A stretch of 56,526 nt of DNA, filler included, from Platydemus manokwari (lineage: Eukaryota), in the NCBI GenBank assembly GCA_037951405.1. It is 5 parts of 5 records of this genome, joined end to end, with 100 filler letters (N's around TTAATTAATTAA, not from the genome) between each part and the next. Parts side by side here need not be neighbours in the genome. Positions count along the whole stretch, not along the records: positions 21,928 to 33,031 come from JBBMOY010906642.1; positions 33,132 to 42,854 come from JBBMOY011213211.1; 3 more parts are not named here. One strand, 5' to 3'. Under the pieces are notes generated by a model. That model had not been told where the DNA came from and did no database searches. It saw nothing but the letters and a program-made list of their open reading frames with translations. Positions 26,770 to 40,500 of this stretch are shown here, one piece after another. The position numbers were made by a program, and so were the translations under genes. Within the stretch, counting starts at the first letter, position 1, and each line of letters begins with the position of its first letter.

Positions 26770-27850
26770 AAAATCACATTGAAGTGTTAGAATGGGAGCT
26801 TGGTTTAATAATTTTGTTTAATCCCTATTCGACATCATTAAATGTGAGATCACAACTGAATTGTGTAAATAAATCAGCTTTCACTGAATGAAAAGCCCTC
26901 AAAATATTCAAAAACTTGATTGTTATTGAAGCCTTATATAAGTCTTCAAAACTTGGGTTATCAACATGGCACCCTGAATAATTCCAAGACATTTGTACTC
27001 TAAACATTGAATTAATTTTAAATTGAGATTTTTGTTTTTCCTGTAGAATTTAGAATCTTAAGTCAGAATATGATAAAAATATCTTTATAAATAAATTATG
27101 AAATTAATAATACACGAGAAACCGTTACTTTAAAATTACATAAAAATACTCTTTTTCTTAATTTAAGCCGAAATAAGTTATCTACTCCAATCTATCAAAA
27201 ATTCATCTTCGTACCTCCCCAATAGATAATCATTATCAATGGTCTTCGCAAAGCAGTATAATTCCAATCAAACTACAAATTATTTACAAATTAATCAATT
27301 ACTGAAACAGTAAAGCAATTCAATCTAATCAATAAGGAATGCAATTGATTTACTTAAAAATTGTAATTCCGCCAACATGCATAATTCATAATAAACAGTT
27401 CTGAATACTATCCAAGAATCTTGATATGCAGGGGGAGAATATTGTTTGTAATACAAAAAATCACTAGAAACTCGCAAATTCAATGCCAACTTGTTCTGAT
27501 TCTTTCTTTTTACATAAAACAAGGATAAAAAAGAGAGAGAAAGAAATAATAATTATCACTAATATAAAGCGCTAAAATAATCAAATATGACTAAATTATT
27601 CTACACATAATTAATATTATCCGATTAAACAGTAGAGTGAGAATTTGAAACTCTTTTGAATTTGAAGTATGATTATTTATGTGGGTTAAACAACTAATGT
27701 GTTTTATGAGGTTTCACTATTTATACAATTGATGTATAAGAAATTCTGAAACTTAGTCAGACGAAGGAACTGATCTATATAGTTCATAAAATTCATAGAA
27801 GATTCTTCAACTATTCAAAAAAAAATGAAAAATATAATCGATCTAAACAT
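26770..27850 (-). other. Putative recoded gene head-to-head with NudC; exons 27850-27114 and 27040-~26770
   Basis: The +1 path exits exon 1 in phase 0 and enters a 71-codon open frame that starts exactly at the acceptor. Confidence 0.5.
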
Positions 27851-28367
27851 TCAATGTATTTTGCAATGCAGGTAAATTTTTATTAATTATGTAGCAAATT
27901 TATGAAAAAGCAAAAGAAATGTTTCAAAACAAAATTTTCAATTATGAAAATATTAAATATATGACCTGAAAAATATCAGTTCTGTTTTCAAATTTTTTAA
28001 TTTACCCTAATGATAACTTCAATTCTTAACTCAAAATTATACAATTATTTAATAAAGCTTAAAAAATTGTATTATATGTATTTAATAATTTTCAAAGTTT
28101 GATTTATCTAAAATTAATTTTTGGAAATGTCAAAATAATATTTTGACTTTAAATTTAATGGAAATTCTTAATAACTTTGAGAAGCATTTATAAGTCAAAA
28201 TAAAATTAACTAACAACTTGTTTCTATACAAAATTAAAATTTTCTAAATTTTTGTTGTCAACCATTTAATGAAATTGTATTGTTTCGATGATTCTAAGAA
28301 TATTCTTTTATATTTGTTTATATTGTGATTAAATTTGATTTTACAATTTTATTTTAAATAGTTATTT

Positions 28368-29415
28368 ATGTCGAACGATAAGTTTGATAATTTGTTTTTG
28401 AGTATAGCCCAACAATGTGAAGACGGTGGAATAAAGGAGTTATTAAATTCATTCTTTGGATTTCTTGGAAGAAGAACAGATTTCTTTTATGGAGCTACTA
28501 AAGAAGAAGCTCTTAAAATCGTAAATGAAACTTTCGAAATTCACCAGGTTATTAATAACTATTTTAGATCACATTAATAAAAACATTCAGAAACAATCTA
28601 TTGTAAAACATAACAAGGAGAAAAAAGATCGTGAAGAAAAAGAGAAATTGAGAAAACAAAAACAACAGAATGAAATTAACAACAAAAAATTAAATGATTC
28701 TGAACCACGTGTCGTCGAATTAACCGACGAGGAAGCTGTACAGATGCAAGCTGAAATTGATGCTGAAAAAAATAAAACCCAAGAAGTCGCAGTTCCTACG
28801 CCAAAATCCGAAGATGATCCTGATGAAGATCCCAAAGATAAAAATAAACTCAAACCTAATGAAGGCAATGGAGCTGATTTACCAGAATGTAAATGGATTC
28901 AATCTTTGAAAGATGTTGAAATTCGCATTCCAACTAAAGTATGAAATAATTTTATTATGATAATACTAATTCATTTTTAATAGGTAAATTTTCAAGTCAA
29001 ATCACGAGATTTAATAGTTATCATTCAAAAAAAATATATCAGCATATCGTTGAAGGGTCAAGCACCATTGTTAGAGGGAAATCTCTACAATGATATAAAA
29101 ATCGAAGAATCTACCTGGACAATTGAGGATGGTAAGACCATATATGTATCTTTAGAGAAAGTCAATCAAATGGAATGGTGGAATCGAGTAACGGATAAAC
29201 AACCAGAAATCAATACCAAAAAAGTGAATCCAGAAAATTCCAAGTTGTCTGATCTCGATGGTGAAACTCGCAGTATGGTTGAAAAAATGATGTACGATCA
29301 GAGACAAAAAGAAATGGGACTACCTACTTCGGAAGATCAGAAAAAGCAGGATTTATTACAGAAATTTATGAGCCAACATCCTGAAATGGATTTTTCCAAA
29401 TGCAAGTTTAACTAA
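28368..29415 (+). CDS. NUDC: Nuclear distribution protein C (NudC), 319 aa; exons 28368-28547, 28591-28938, 28984-29415
   Basis: In-frame joins across 43- and 45-nt GT-AG introns. N-terminal [21 protein letters not shown], a CS/p23 domain, and C-terminal [27 protein letters not shown]...[16 protein letters not shown]. Confidence 0.97.
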
Positions 29416-31465
29416 TTATTCAATGTAGAAGCATAAATATAATTAAATTGTCTTCTTCAAGGAGGATTTCGTTTTGTTTTTAAATTAAAATAAGATTTGA
29501 TCTTCTACTTTGTAATATAAAGTTTTCACAGTCTTTATTATAAATAAAGAAATGGTAAAAAAATCAATTATTTTGACTAGTTTTCGTCTCAGATTTTGAT
29601 AATTTGTTATAATCTGCACGTTTGAAAAATGTTTTATTAGATTAAAATCTTGATTCAAAAGTACTACAAGCCACATCCACTATTGTTATGTCCATTACAA
29701 TAGTTTCGTGGCGGGTTAATTTGAATCAAATTGGTGAGGAGAATTTCCTGTAAATTCCGGTTAGTGCATAACATTTGTTGCGAAGAAATTAAATCTGGAT
29801 AAAACGTTTTATGGCTTCATTTAATAATGCCTAGATGAACCATTTTCGTTATTATTTATTTAGTATCTCTGATATGAGTGAGCTTTTCACAAACGGTAAT
29901 TTTTGGCATGCATTTTAAAAACGTTAAAACAAGCGCATGTGGAATATCCGTAGAGTTGTCATCACTATATCACTTGAATCTAAAATAAATGGAATTAAAT
30001 GGTCATTATCTACGCCGTAGATTCTACGGTATCATAATCATTTACCGTCATTAGTTAGGTGATGAATTCATTGTTGAAAAAGATCTCCAATATGTAATAT
30101 CATTGGAATCGGAATTTTCCTTTTATCTGCAGCAGAATGTGACTGGGTTTTTTGAAGAAGTGGGAATGATAAAGGTTGAAAACTGAATAAAATGAGTCCT
30201 CCAGATATTGTGTATCTGAGTTGATATAAATGTGTAACATGATCGGTTTGTGACATTTTCATGCCGTCTATCACATGCACATAGATGTCTATATTGTGCT
30301 CCTTTTCTCTTTCATATGAACATGTGTGTAGAACTTTCACTTTATTCATGGAAGCAAATTGCAGCATAGTATGAATTCCGGTAGCTTACCACATTTAAAG
30401 ATTCCAGATTAAGAGAATTTTATCTTTTCATCATGATTCAGAATTCAGTCGGATAAACGGGATTTGGGGCATTATAGGATTCGAGTTAACTAAATATTTT
30501 ATTATACAACTTCAAAATATGATGCGCGTGCAGTAAATTTTGTTCCTATTAAAAGAAATTTTAATTAAGCGGATTTCTATAGCTACATTTTAGAGATCTT
30601 AATCATTTGTAAGATATATTTAAGAATCTCAACGAGCCTAAAAGTATGAATGATCTTTTCGTAAAAATATAATGACCAATTTAATAATACAATGAAAAAG
30701 ATTTAAGTTCCAACAATAACTGCACAATTTGTAAAACGTGTTTTAATAAAAGAATCAAATTAATTTGATTTCAATATGAGGTATTCATTTAGGAAAATGA
30801 CAATCAAAAAATGGAATAATCAATTACAATTGATACAATGTAAATATCAATTAAATAATAGCAAATAATGAAAAGGAAACAGAAAATTTTCAATTAGATT
30901 ATTTAAATTTTATTAGGTTTTATTGAAATATAACTGATTTTAAAGAACGACTTCTATGGCAGTGACCGTATTAAACCTCAAAAGCCGCTGGACGCATGAA
31001 GGTGGTTAGTACAAAGAGTTCTGTAACCAGGTTATTCGCGCAGACTTTAGTCTTGATTTTATAGATTGGTTGGGGTGGGTTCAAGAAAGATAAAATAATG
31101 ATCATTAAATATTGCTTTTAAAATTATAAAGAGATAAGAAAAATGTTTATTTCACCTCACACAGAATCTCAAAGTAATGATAAGTTTTTTATTGGATTTG
31201 GTTTGTAAGAATATTATAGGACTAGTTTTCCTAAGTGAATGGATTTTTCATAATGTGTTCAGTACTTTTATATAATTCTTCCTGTGTGCTGTTTAATTAC
31301 ACAAGTATTTGATTTTTCCAAAAAATGTAGATGGAAGTAATTCAAAAATCGCTAACATTTTAAATTTGTTGGGAGATTCTTAATAATAATTTACTAGTAT
31401 TTATATTATTTTTTATTTCTTTGTTATCTCGTTTTATTATTTGTTGCACTATTTTATTAACTTAA

Positions 31466-31671
31466 CCCTTTCAATACTGCAGGGATATATAAGTCCCAGA
31501 GAATGTTCAAAAATTACTGATGCGAAAAATATTGTGTCCCAAGGCATTTTTTCAAAAAACCATATTTTCTAAAAATCTGAAATTATGTAAATATGCTCCT
31601 TTATTTATTTGCAGCACATGTAGTTCAGTTATACAAAAATATTTTTACTGGCCAAAGTCGTATTGAAAAGA
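31466..31671. mobile_element. piggyBac-type MITE (206 bp)
   Basis: TTAA on both sides (31462-31465, 31672-31675); termini CCCTTTCAATAC / GTATTGAAAAGA form a 10/12 inverted match. Confidence 0.75.
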
Positions 31672-33031
31672 TTAAAATGTAAATAAGTCTGACAAATAAA
31701 ATGACATCTCAATGTTAATTTTGCTAATCTAATGATAAAAATTTGGCACCAAATGTTAGAGAAAAAAATTAAGCAAATTAAGCTTTTGAAAAATCTCAAT
31801 TACAGCAAAACGGGTAATTGCAACTTTCATGTTTATTTTAATGGTGATGATTATGTTAATTGTAAAATTGTGCGTATCAAATCATCGTCCTCTCAGAAAT
31901 TGATTAAACGCTTATAGTTGTTAGTAGTAACTATTTCGTTTAAAGTGGGAAATTCAATAGAAATATTCATTTCGAACGTATTTTTAAATTATTTATAAAT
32001 ATCAAGTAAATTACACATTTTAAAAACAAATTATAATCTTTTCCAAAGATCTTAAACTCTCAATCTTAATCAGGTAAGCAAATAAAAATATTGAAATTAT
32101 TTAAAAGTCACTTGATATTAAATTTAAATAATTTAATAGAATTTCAAAATATTATTTTTCATTTTTAAAATTATTAAAATTATTATAAAATTGTTATTAA
32201 AATTTTTTAAATTTTCTTCACAACAGTTATAAGCAAAATCTCGTGTAAAGAAACTAACACAACTTTCAAGAAACTACCCGAATATCCGATTCTTTCTCTT
32301 GGATTAGATTTGGTACCAATGACCTGGATGCTAGCAGTTTTTCCTAAAACCAACCGTTATGGTGTGATATCTTCAACCCTTTAAATTCACAAAGTCACAT
32401 CAAATTAAAATTCTGTTATTTTATTGGTGAAATGTCATCATATCTAAGGATTTATTGTTTTGTATTATTAATAAGTTTTAGTGGCCTTCCTTATATTGAT
32501 TTACACATGCAATCCAAAACTTGAAACTAATCAAATTATTGGTGAGAAAGTCCCTATTACCTAATTCAATATTTTATTAAATAAATTTTGTGACCTATAA
32601 CACAAACGAAATTCTATTACAATTCTATAAAACCAAAATAGTTTTTACATAAAATCTGCGGATCCACTCAATTTCATTGTTCGAGTGATATTTGTGTTCA
32701 TATTTACCATATTTCTTTAGGTAAAACTGCCACCAGTAAATAATATCTTTACGTGCTTCAAACCTTATTTTCAGACGTGTAGGCCACTGTAGTGTTCACT
32801 ACTCTTGCAGGATGAGGCCTCGCTACATTTCTGTAATCAGCTATTTAAACAATTACTTTCTAAATCATAATATTTATTGCTGAGGAAATCTTTTGGATTG
32901 TCCTCGAGTTCATCAGACTTAATGTCATATAATTTCTCTTTTGTAGCAATATAATATAAATGGTGTATCAGAGTAATCCTCTAAGCTTCAATGAATTTGA
33001 AAATGGAATATGCAACACAAGAATTTATCAT

Positions 33032-33131
33032 NNNNNNNNNNNNNNNNNNNNNNNNNNNNNNNNNNNNNNNNNNNNTTAATTAATTAANNNNNNNNNNNNN
33101 NNNNNNNNNNNNNNNNNNNNNNNNNNNNNNN
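33032..33131. other. Artificial assembly linker
   Basis: N44-TTAATTAATTAA-N44. Confidence 0.97.
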
Positions 33132-35602
33132 GTTTAATTCATTGCTGATTGGTTCAATTAATAATTGTTTAATTATTTACCAAGTTAATCAATTTTTTGC
33201 TTATTTTTTCATTACATTATTTAATAATATATTATCAATTTAATTGTTTCATTCGTTATTTATATTTAATTAATTGTTAATTTATATATTATCAATTAAT
33301 AAAGGAGGAATTTTATTTATCTTCACATATTTTATCGATTTTTTTCGTTTTAATTAAATTGCACTATTAAAAAATTGTAAGCAAAGTTTATTTCTCATCA
33401 AGATTAAAAATCTGAAAGAAACAAAAATAATTATGTTTTTATTAATTGAAGCAGTATCAGTCAAACTGAAAATCACTCAATTTAACTTGATTTTGATTCG
33501 ATTGGAATTGACAGAAAAAAATGTGTTAATGCTACCAAAATACTTTTATACATCAATCAGTTTATTCTATGGATATTCTACATAAGAAAAATGAAACGGG
33601 GTTTTTAATAATATCAAATATTATTGTTATTGATAGGCGGTCTCAGTAATGTTACATTGTTAATAGTCCTCAACCTCAACGATATGCTGTGGCCCAAAGT
33701 AATTTCTCCAATGTAAATACAAGTCATTTTCAGAAATAATGTTACTTAATAATATAAATAATTAGATTCTTAAAAATGTCTCTGTTTACATTAAAAGGTG
33801 TTGTATTGCAAACTCAACAACGTGGGTTCTTATATTCAAATATTGTTTGTGGTTTTCCTTTGAAATTAACCAATGGCAAAGTTTTGTTTACTGATTGTTA
33901 AAATGGTTTACAAAACAAATTGTTAAATATTCAAGCAATTTATCTCACACCATTGAATTTACCCAAAGCAAGATTCAGATGGCTTGAAGAGTCGCGAGTT
34001 TATTGTTTCAAATAATTTTAGTTTTTTTAAAATTTAAGGTGATTTTTTTGTTATACAATTTTATTATTAATCAAAAATAAATTTTTTCTCTACTCTTATT
34101 TTTTTTTGATTTCAAAGGAATGGTTCCTAGAATAATTTCACTGCCTTAAAGTCAAATTTATTCTTGTCTATTATTATATGTATTTCGGTTATAATTGTAA
34201 AAGATATTAACCCTTAGTTTTATCGTTATTTAATCTTTCATTGTTTTTTAATACTTCGAATTATTATTAATTGTCTTATGGCTAAAATCCATAATAATCT
34301 TTCAATTATTTTAAAATAATAAATAAGAATAATTATTATATCGTAATTATGATTAAATTATATTTTTAATAAATAATTTTACAAACATTGTGAATTTAGA
34401 ACAACACAAGCGAATAAAAATACGTAATCATTATTATAAGCGGATCTAATATCGAAAGTAAAAAATCAAAATAAAATTATCGAAAATCTCGGTAAACGTA
34501 AAATGATTTTCAAAATTAACGTCGAATTGATTGATGGGTTGGTTTGAATTATTCTTATTTATTTAAGCCCTTTGTCAGTTATCGACATTCACTTTCTATT
34601 GTGTTTACCAAAGGATCTCCTTTGTTCCTCAATTTATCTATTCTCAATCCGCTTCAACTTGGCGTATGCGAAGGTAGTCCTAATTTTATGAGCACATTTT
34701 TCATGTGATGATGAATAACTACTTTGAAATGAGGGATATTTTGCTCGTGCTGCTACCAACAAACTGGTTGATATAACATAAAATAATAAAAGCCAACGAG
34801 TACAATTAAATATCGGAAACAAAACTAAGTGTATCTGACTTAGTAGCAGAACACCATTGCGAACAAAATATGACAATGAATATCTTTTACATCAATCCAA
34901 ATCGTTTTAGCTGTTGTGCTAATAGTAATTTTAACTTAGAATAATTACAGTAACCAAACTTAAATATACATAATTATTAATTATTAAAACTATTTATATA
35001 ATCTATTTTTGAAATGTAAATGTTAAATTTTTTTTGAACTGCATTGTGATATTGAAAAAAAAAATTTAACCCATATCTTATTTATAAATCTTGAGTATTG
35101 AAATAAGTCATAATCATAGGATAATTTAGCATTATTCTTTAAAATTCACAAAAATCATTAAATTAAAATATTTAAAAATTTATTCTTTATTATAAATTTT
35201 AAATTTGAGATAAATTATTAATCGAAATAGGTAATACTTAATTAAATTTATTAAATCATTAAATCTGTTAGATAAAAATTAAAATTAATTACATTAAATT
35301 TTGAAAATTTAATTAAAAATTTAATTTTAAAATTAAGATTTTAATTAATTAATTTCTTTTTAAAAGTATTTATTTTTTAATTAAATATAAGAATTTTTAC
35401 TTTCTATTTCAAATAAAAAAAAGTCCAGTATTTTTGAATTAGAATAATTTAATATAAATTTCTCTTTTAAATAAGTTTCTTTGATTTGAACACAAATTTT
35501 CAAGATTTAGTAATAGATGAAAATATTTGTTTAAATATAGTATTTTAATCTTATTTTCAATTGCAAATTTTTGTATTGTTCCGATATTATCACTCTAAAA
35601 AT

Positions 35603-37576
35603 ATGGTTTTGAAAAAAAATGAAGTGCATCCTTTACCGTCGATAACAAGTTTGGACAGTCATTTGAAAAAGAACATAGTTATACAAACAGAAGATATTCG
35701 AGGAGTTGATGACTTGTATGCGTTTTTCTTGGCGTTTTTAGCATTTCTTTGTCTTTTGACAATTGACGGAACTTCTTATACAACAGGATTATTAACAGAA
35801 CGCATTCAAACTCATTTTAATATCAGTTCTCTTCCTTTGACTTTATTACCAGGAAGTATGGTTACTGGAATATATCACATAGTTGCACCATTTGAAGATG
35901 CATTAAGTGCAGGCAAAAATAGACTTAGAAGTAAAGCGGCTGTCGGTGCCCTGATTGCTGGTATAGCGTCGTTAACTTCGGCATTTTTAAAAAATTATTT
36001 TGCATTCATAATTTTTTCTGGAATAATTATGGGAGTAGGATTGGGATTGATATTCATTCCATGCATTGCATTAATCAGTTCTTGGTTTGTCAAATACAAA
36101 TCATACGGAATTTGCTTTGCGTATTCTGGAACAGGATTTGGAATATTTATTTTTAGTCAATTCTTTCCATTCACTCCAAAAGGATTTCAATTTGAAGGTC
36201 ATTATATTGGTATATCTATCCTATGTTTCTTATGCGCTGGAGCATCACTATTCTTTAAAAAATCAGATAAATATCTTGAAGAAACTTTATATGAAAAGAA
36301 AAAGGAAAGCAGAATGGACATAATAAAAAAATTGGATTTCGAAGAAAAGTTAAGAAAGGAAAACAAAATCATTAAAACGATGTTAATAGATAAAAATCGT
36401 AAAAAATCAATATCCAATTGTTTCTTTGACGGAATGGTGCTTACAGTCAATAACGATCTAATTCCAGTAACGACAAGTACTGCAGCTTTGTACGATGAAC
36501 CTCGTCTAACAAAAGAGCAAATAGATCATATAACTGAAGTTGTCATGCAAAAACTTCAAGAGGAAAAGAAATCTGTTCATGAAGCTATACCACATGATTA
36601 CGAGGATATTGTACGGGATTATATTCAATCTAAAATTGTGATAAATAATCCTGGCGAATCTGCTTCACTAGAAATTACGAACATGGAAGAAAACAATTTC
36701 ACCATGTATGGAAAAGAAAAGGAATTAGTAATGTGTTCAATTAGAAGAGAAATAGATAAAATATCTATCCAAAGAGTCACAGAAGTAGCACAAACTGAAG
36801 AAATTACTAAAATTGAATCTTTTCAGTCTGGTTCACCCGTACAATCTATTATATCTATTAACAATACTGAATTCGGAAAAGAAATGATTGCCGAAGCCAC
36901 AAAAGAAAGTAATAATTTTTCCCAATCTTTGTGGAAGAGCCCGACATTCTTATTGATAATATTTGGATCAATTATTGCTGGATTAGAACTTGTTACTCCA
37001 TATTCATTTATTCCTCTCTTTCTAAGAGCTCATGGCATCAATGAAACCGATAGTTCAACAGTGATATCATTGATGGGTTTAACAAATATTATGGGAAGAA
37101 TTTTAGCAGAAATTTACGTTCAAAAATTAGCTGGAAGAATAAGTTATGATGATTGTCTTTGGTTTCACAATGGTGGTTTACTCGTCGCTTCATTGTCCAT
37201 TTTATGTTCGGTGTTTGTATTCAATTATTATCGGCTGTTTGTTTTTCTCTGCTGTTTACATTCTACAAGCATGATATTTTCCAATTCCATTCAAATAACG
37301 ATGGTTCTGGATTATCTTGGATCTTATGCATTAACAACCTCATACACTTACATTCTTGTGACTCAAGGTATATTTATGATAGCCGGTCCTCCTTTACATG
37401 GGTTTTTGCTTGAAAAAACTAAAGGGGACTTTACTATTGTGTTTCTTACAATTGGTGGATTAATAGCACTTTCTGCGGTGGTTAGTTGTTTTATTAGATT
37501 AACATCTTATCTAGAGAACTGTACAATAAAATGCTCGGATGATGTTGAATATGGCGATGAAAACCATAAACAATAA
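35603..37576 (+). CDS. Monocarboxylate transporter-like MFS protein (SLC16/MCT family), single exon, 657 aa from the first ATG
   Basis: Uninterrupted ORF with two bundles of hydrophobic helices separated by a long hydrophilic loop. MCT-like motifs GIIMGVGLGLIFIP...WFVKY...AYSGTGFG, MGLTNIMGRI and AGPPLHGFL. Confidence 0.9.
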   Translation: MVLKKNEVHPLPSITSLDSHLKKNIVIQTEDIRGVDDLYAFFLAFLAFLCLLTIDGTSYTTGLLTERIQTHFNISSLPLTLLPGSMVTGIYHIVAPFEDALSAGKNRLRSKAAVGALIAGIASLTSAFLKNYFAFIIFSGIIMGVGLGLIFIPCIALISSWFVKYKSYGICFAYSGTGFGIFIFSQFFPFTPKGFQFEGHYIGISILCFLCAGASLFFKKSDKYLEETLYEKKKESRMDIIKKLDFEEKLRKENKIIKTMLIDKNRKKSISNCFFDGMVLTVNNDLIPVTTSTAALYDEPRLTKEQIDHITEVVMQKLQEEKKSVHEAIPHDYEDIVRDYIQSKIVINNPGESASLEITNMEENNFTMYGKEKELVMCSIRREIDKISIQRVTEVAQTEEITKIESFQSGSPVQSIISINNTEFGKEMIAEATKESNNFSQSLWKSPTFLLIIFGSIIAGLELVTPYSFIPLFLRAHGINETDSSTVISLMGLTNIMGRILAEIYVQKLAGRISYDDCLWFHNGGLLVASLSILCSVFVFNYYRLFVFLCCLHSTSMIFSNSIQITMVLDYLGSYALTTSYTYILVTQGIFMIAGPPLHGFLLEKTKGDFTIVFLTIGGLIALSAVVSCFIRLTSYLENCTIKCSDDVEYGDENHKQ

Positions 37577-40500
37577 TTGAACTTGATAAATATCAGGCAA
37601 AATTCAGATTTTGTATATAAAAACAATTCAGATGTACATATTGATCAGTCCAAAAATTATTTTTTGATTAAAAATACAAATATTTTCGTGTGCAATTGTT
37701 GTCCTCCAGCTTATATATACATATCAATTCATTCATGAAATTGATAACAAATCACATATTCATTTGCGTTAAATATTTAAAAATTATCTTGTTCATCAAT
37801 CAAATTTTTGATTACGTAACACAGTGATTATTGTTTTTGTCGAAAATTCTTATAATGTTGCCATTTATTTCACAATTGTTTCTGTAGACAAAAATTAGAT
37901 AATCAATGTAAATGAGTGATTTTTCAATTCAATTTTAACTGAAATTTAATACAACTGAAATTCTTATAGGAAATTTTTATTTAATAGAAATATTATCTGA
38001 ATTCCAGAAAACGATGACACACTATTGATGATATATTCAGACATAATTCAGCAAAAAAAATTTACTAATTATTACATTTCACTGGAAATTTTGAATTAGT
38101 TTTGTAGATTTTTACAGCGGATAAATCTATTTTTAATTATAAATTTTATTCTGAAGACTTTGCAATACAGATTTGAGAATCAGGATGTATATTATTCAAT
38201 AAATAAGATCAATATTGTATTCCTTTAAAAGAATTTTTAAAAATCTAACGTTCTAGTAATACAAATTGAAGAGGTAGTAACTGGATACTAAAATCTAATA
38301 ATATTTATTTAATTTAACTAAAGAAATACAGTTGAAAGAATATGAACCATGTAAAATGATATTTCCCAATTAACTTATTTGGGGAAAGAAATCGTTAAAT
38401 TATAAAGAAACTTTTTCAGATCAATTATTATAGTAGTTTTAGTATAATTATTCAATTTTAGTGTTTGTATTATCAATATCCTAGAACTATCAATGAGTTA
38501 TTGCTAGGGGTTCCTCATAGTATGATTGAGGTTGTCTACCACATATTCTACCAGTGTCAAATTCACCTAATCTTTGATTTTGTAACTTAATGGTCTGGAT
38601 GTATTTCATATGTAGTATACATGGAGAGTTCAAAGAAATCTCTAACACACAAACTTCTTTCAAATGAGGTAGTTTACTTTTCTACTATGTAAAACATTAA
38701 GTAGCTATTAATTTTATCAATTGTTCAATTGAGTTTTTTACAAATTTAATATCTTCTAAATTTAATTTTAAATTTTAAAATTTTTGAAAAATAATAATAA
38801 TTGTTAAAGAAAATAAGACAAACTAAAATCTTTTTTGTTGTTTTTTCATTATTTTTTGTAAAATTTTATAAAATAAATTAGATAAAATGGGTTGAATAAA
38901 ATTTTGAAATCACATTTAATTTTTCTCAACATTTTTTGCAATTCTTTTCGGTGCTTTACTTTGTTAATATATATAGATCTCAATTTGAAGAATCTTCAAT
39001 TTTGTTTGTTTGACTTAATAATTAGTTAAATAAGTTGAAAAAAATTTATGATGGAAGATAAAGAAAATGAAATTTATTTATTGCTCACAAACGAAAGTCA
39101 AAAAGGCTTTCAATTTTATTTTTAATCAGGAAAAGTTTTGGCAATGAGTCAGGAAATTGATTTGTTGAAAATAATAAATTGATAATGGTTATTTGTCATC
39201 GTAAAATTGTAAAATATATTCATTTTTGAATCTTACAAATTTTTTACATTGTCTTTTTAAAGAGATTAATATGATTTTAAATGTTAAAAATATCAATTTA
39301 TTATAACTAATGTTACTTAACTGATAACCTTTAACCTTAACATGACACATGATTATTCGATTTGTATTAATGAAGAGGTCAATTCTGATGTGGTTTTTTG
39401 AAATGTTTGTTTATTGGTGTTGCTGATAGAATATTTATGTAGAAAAAAATTCAATTAATAAAGGAAAAATGTGGTATTTTCGAATTTCAATAAATTGGAA
39501 TGATATTTTAAAAAGGGTACCTGATGAAAATTCTACTGATAGTACTTATAATTTTCTTTATTTAATATAAATTTTTATAAGACAATATAGAAATATACAG
39601 ATTGGAGTTGGTTTATACAATTATATAACTTAATAATAATAATCAATTAGTAGAGAACATGTTTTCATGTTTCGAATTGTCATGAATTAAAGTTTTATAA
39701 GGAATTAGTTTCGTCAAGATTAATTTAACACTGAAGTCCAATTAAATAATTTATTTTTTAAAATATTTCAACCTGTACAGTTTTTAATGTAGGACTAAAA
39801 CTTTGTACTTGGAATTCAAAGCATCTGAAAGAAGAAAGGCATTATATTTAGGTAAAAAGTAGTATTTTTAAAATGTTCTGAGGCTCTTATTAAAGAAAAT
39901 TTAATTACTTTACCTTTTACTTTGAATCCTCTGACTGCAAATTGATTGAATAAATGATCAGCTGTATTACTACATTTTTCAAAATTTTCAATAATTCGAA
40001 ATGGTCATTTATAAGTTTGATTGTTTTGAATTCTAATACTAATATACATGATCATATTTCTTCTGTAGAATTGTAGTAATTCTCATTTAGGTGTTTAGTG
40101 CTTTGTTTTCTTTCAATGCCAAGAATGTATAGCGATTTAATTTACATAAATACAATTTATAGTAACTTCAATTACTATCGGTCGCTCAATGTTTGGCATT
40201 TCCATATCAAATAATGGAAATGATTCTAGACATGGGCCCTAATTTTAATGTTATTTTATCAGTTTTAAGTTAAACTTATGGTAAAGCCATATACTGAATC
40301 ATAATATTAAATTGTATGTAGCTGTTGTGATTTTGTTTTGATTAGTTCAAGTAACAGAAACGAATATAAATGTGGGAATATTGCTGTGCAATAACTATGT
40401 GAACCTCTGGGCTTACTAAAAATCGTGTACAAACTTAGGGCAGTTTCGTGGTCGTGGTAAATATTTTTTTCTTATACTAGAGCTTCACTAACCCATATGA

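Noticed and set aside
30016-30030. CCGTAGA-T-TCTACGG palindrome in a small intron
   Set aside because: 7-bp arms with a 1-nt loop; too short to interpret.
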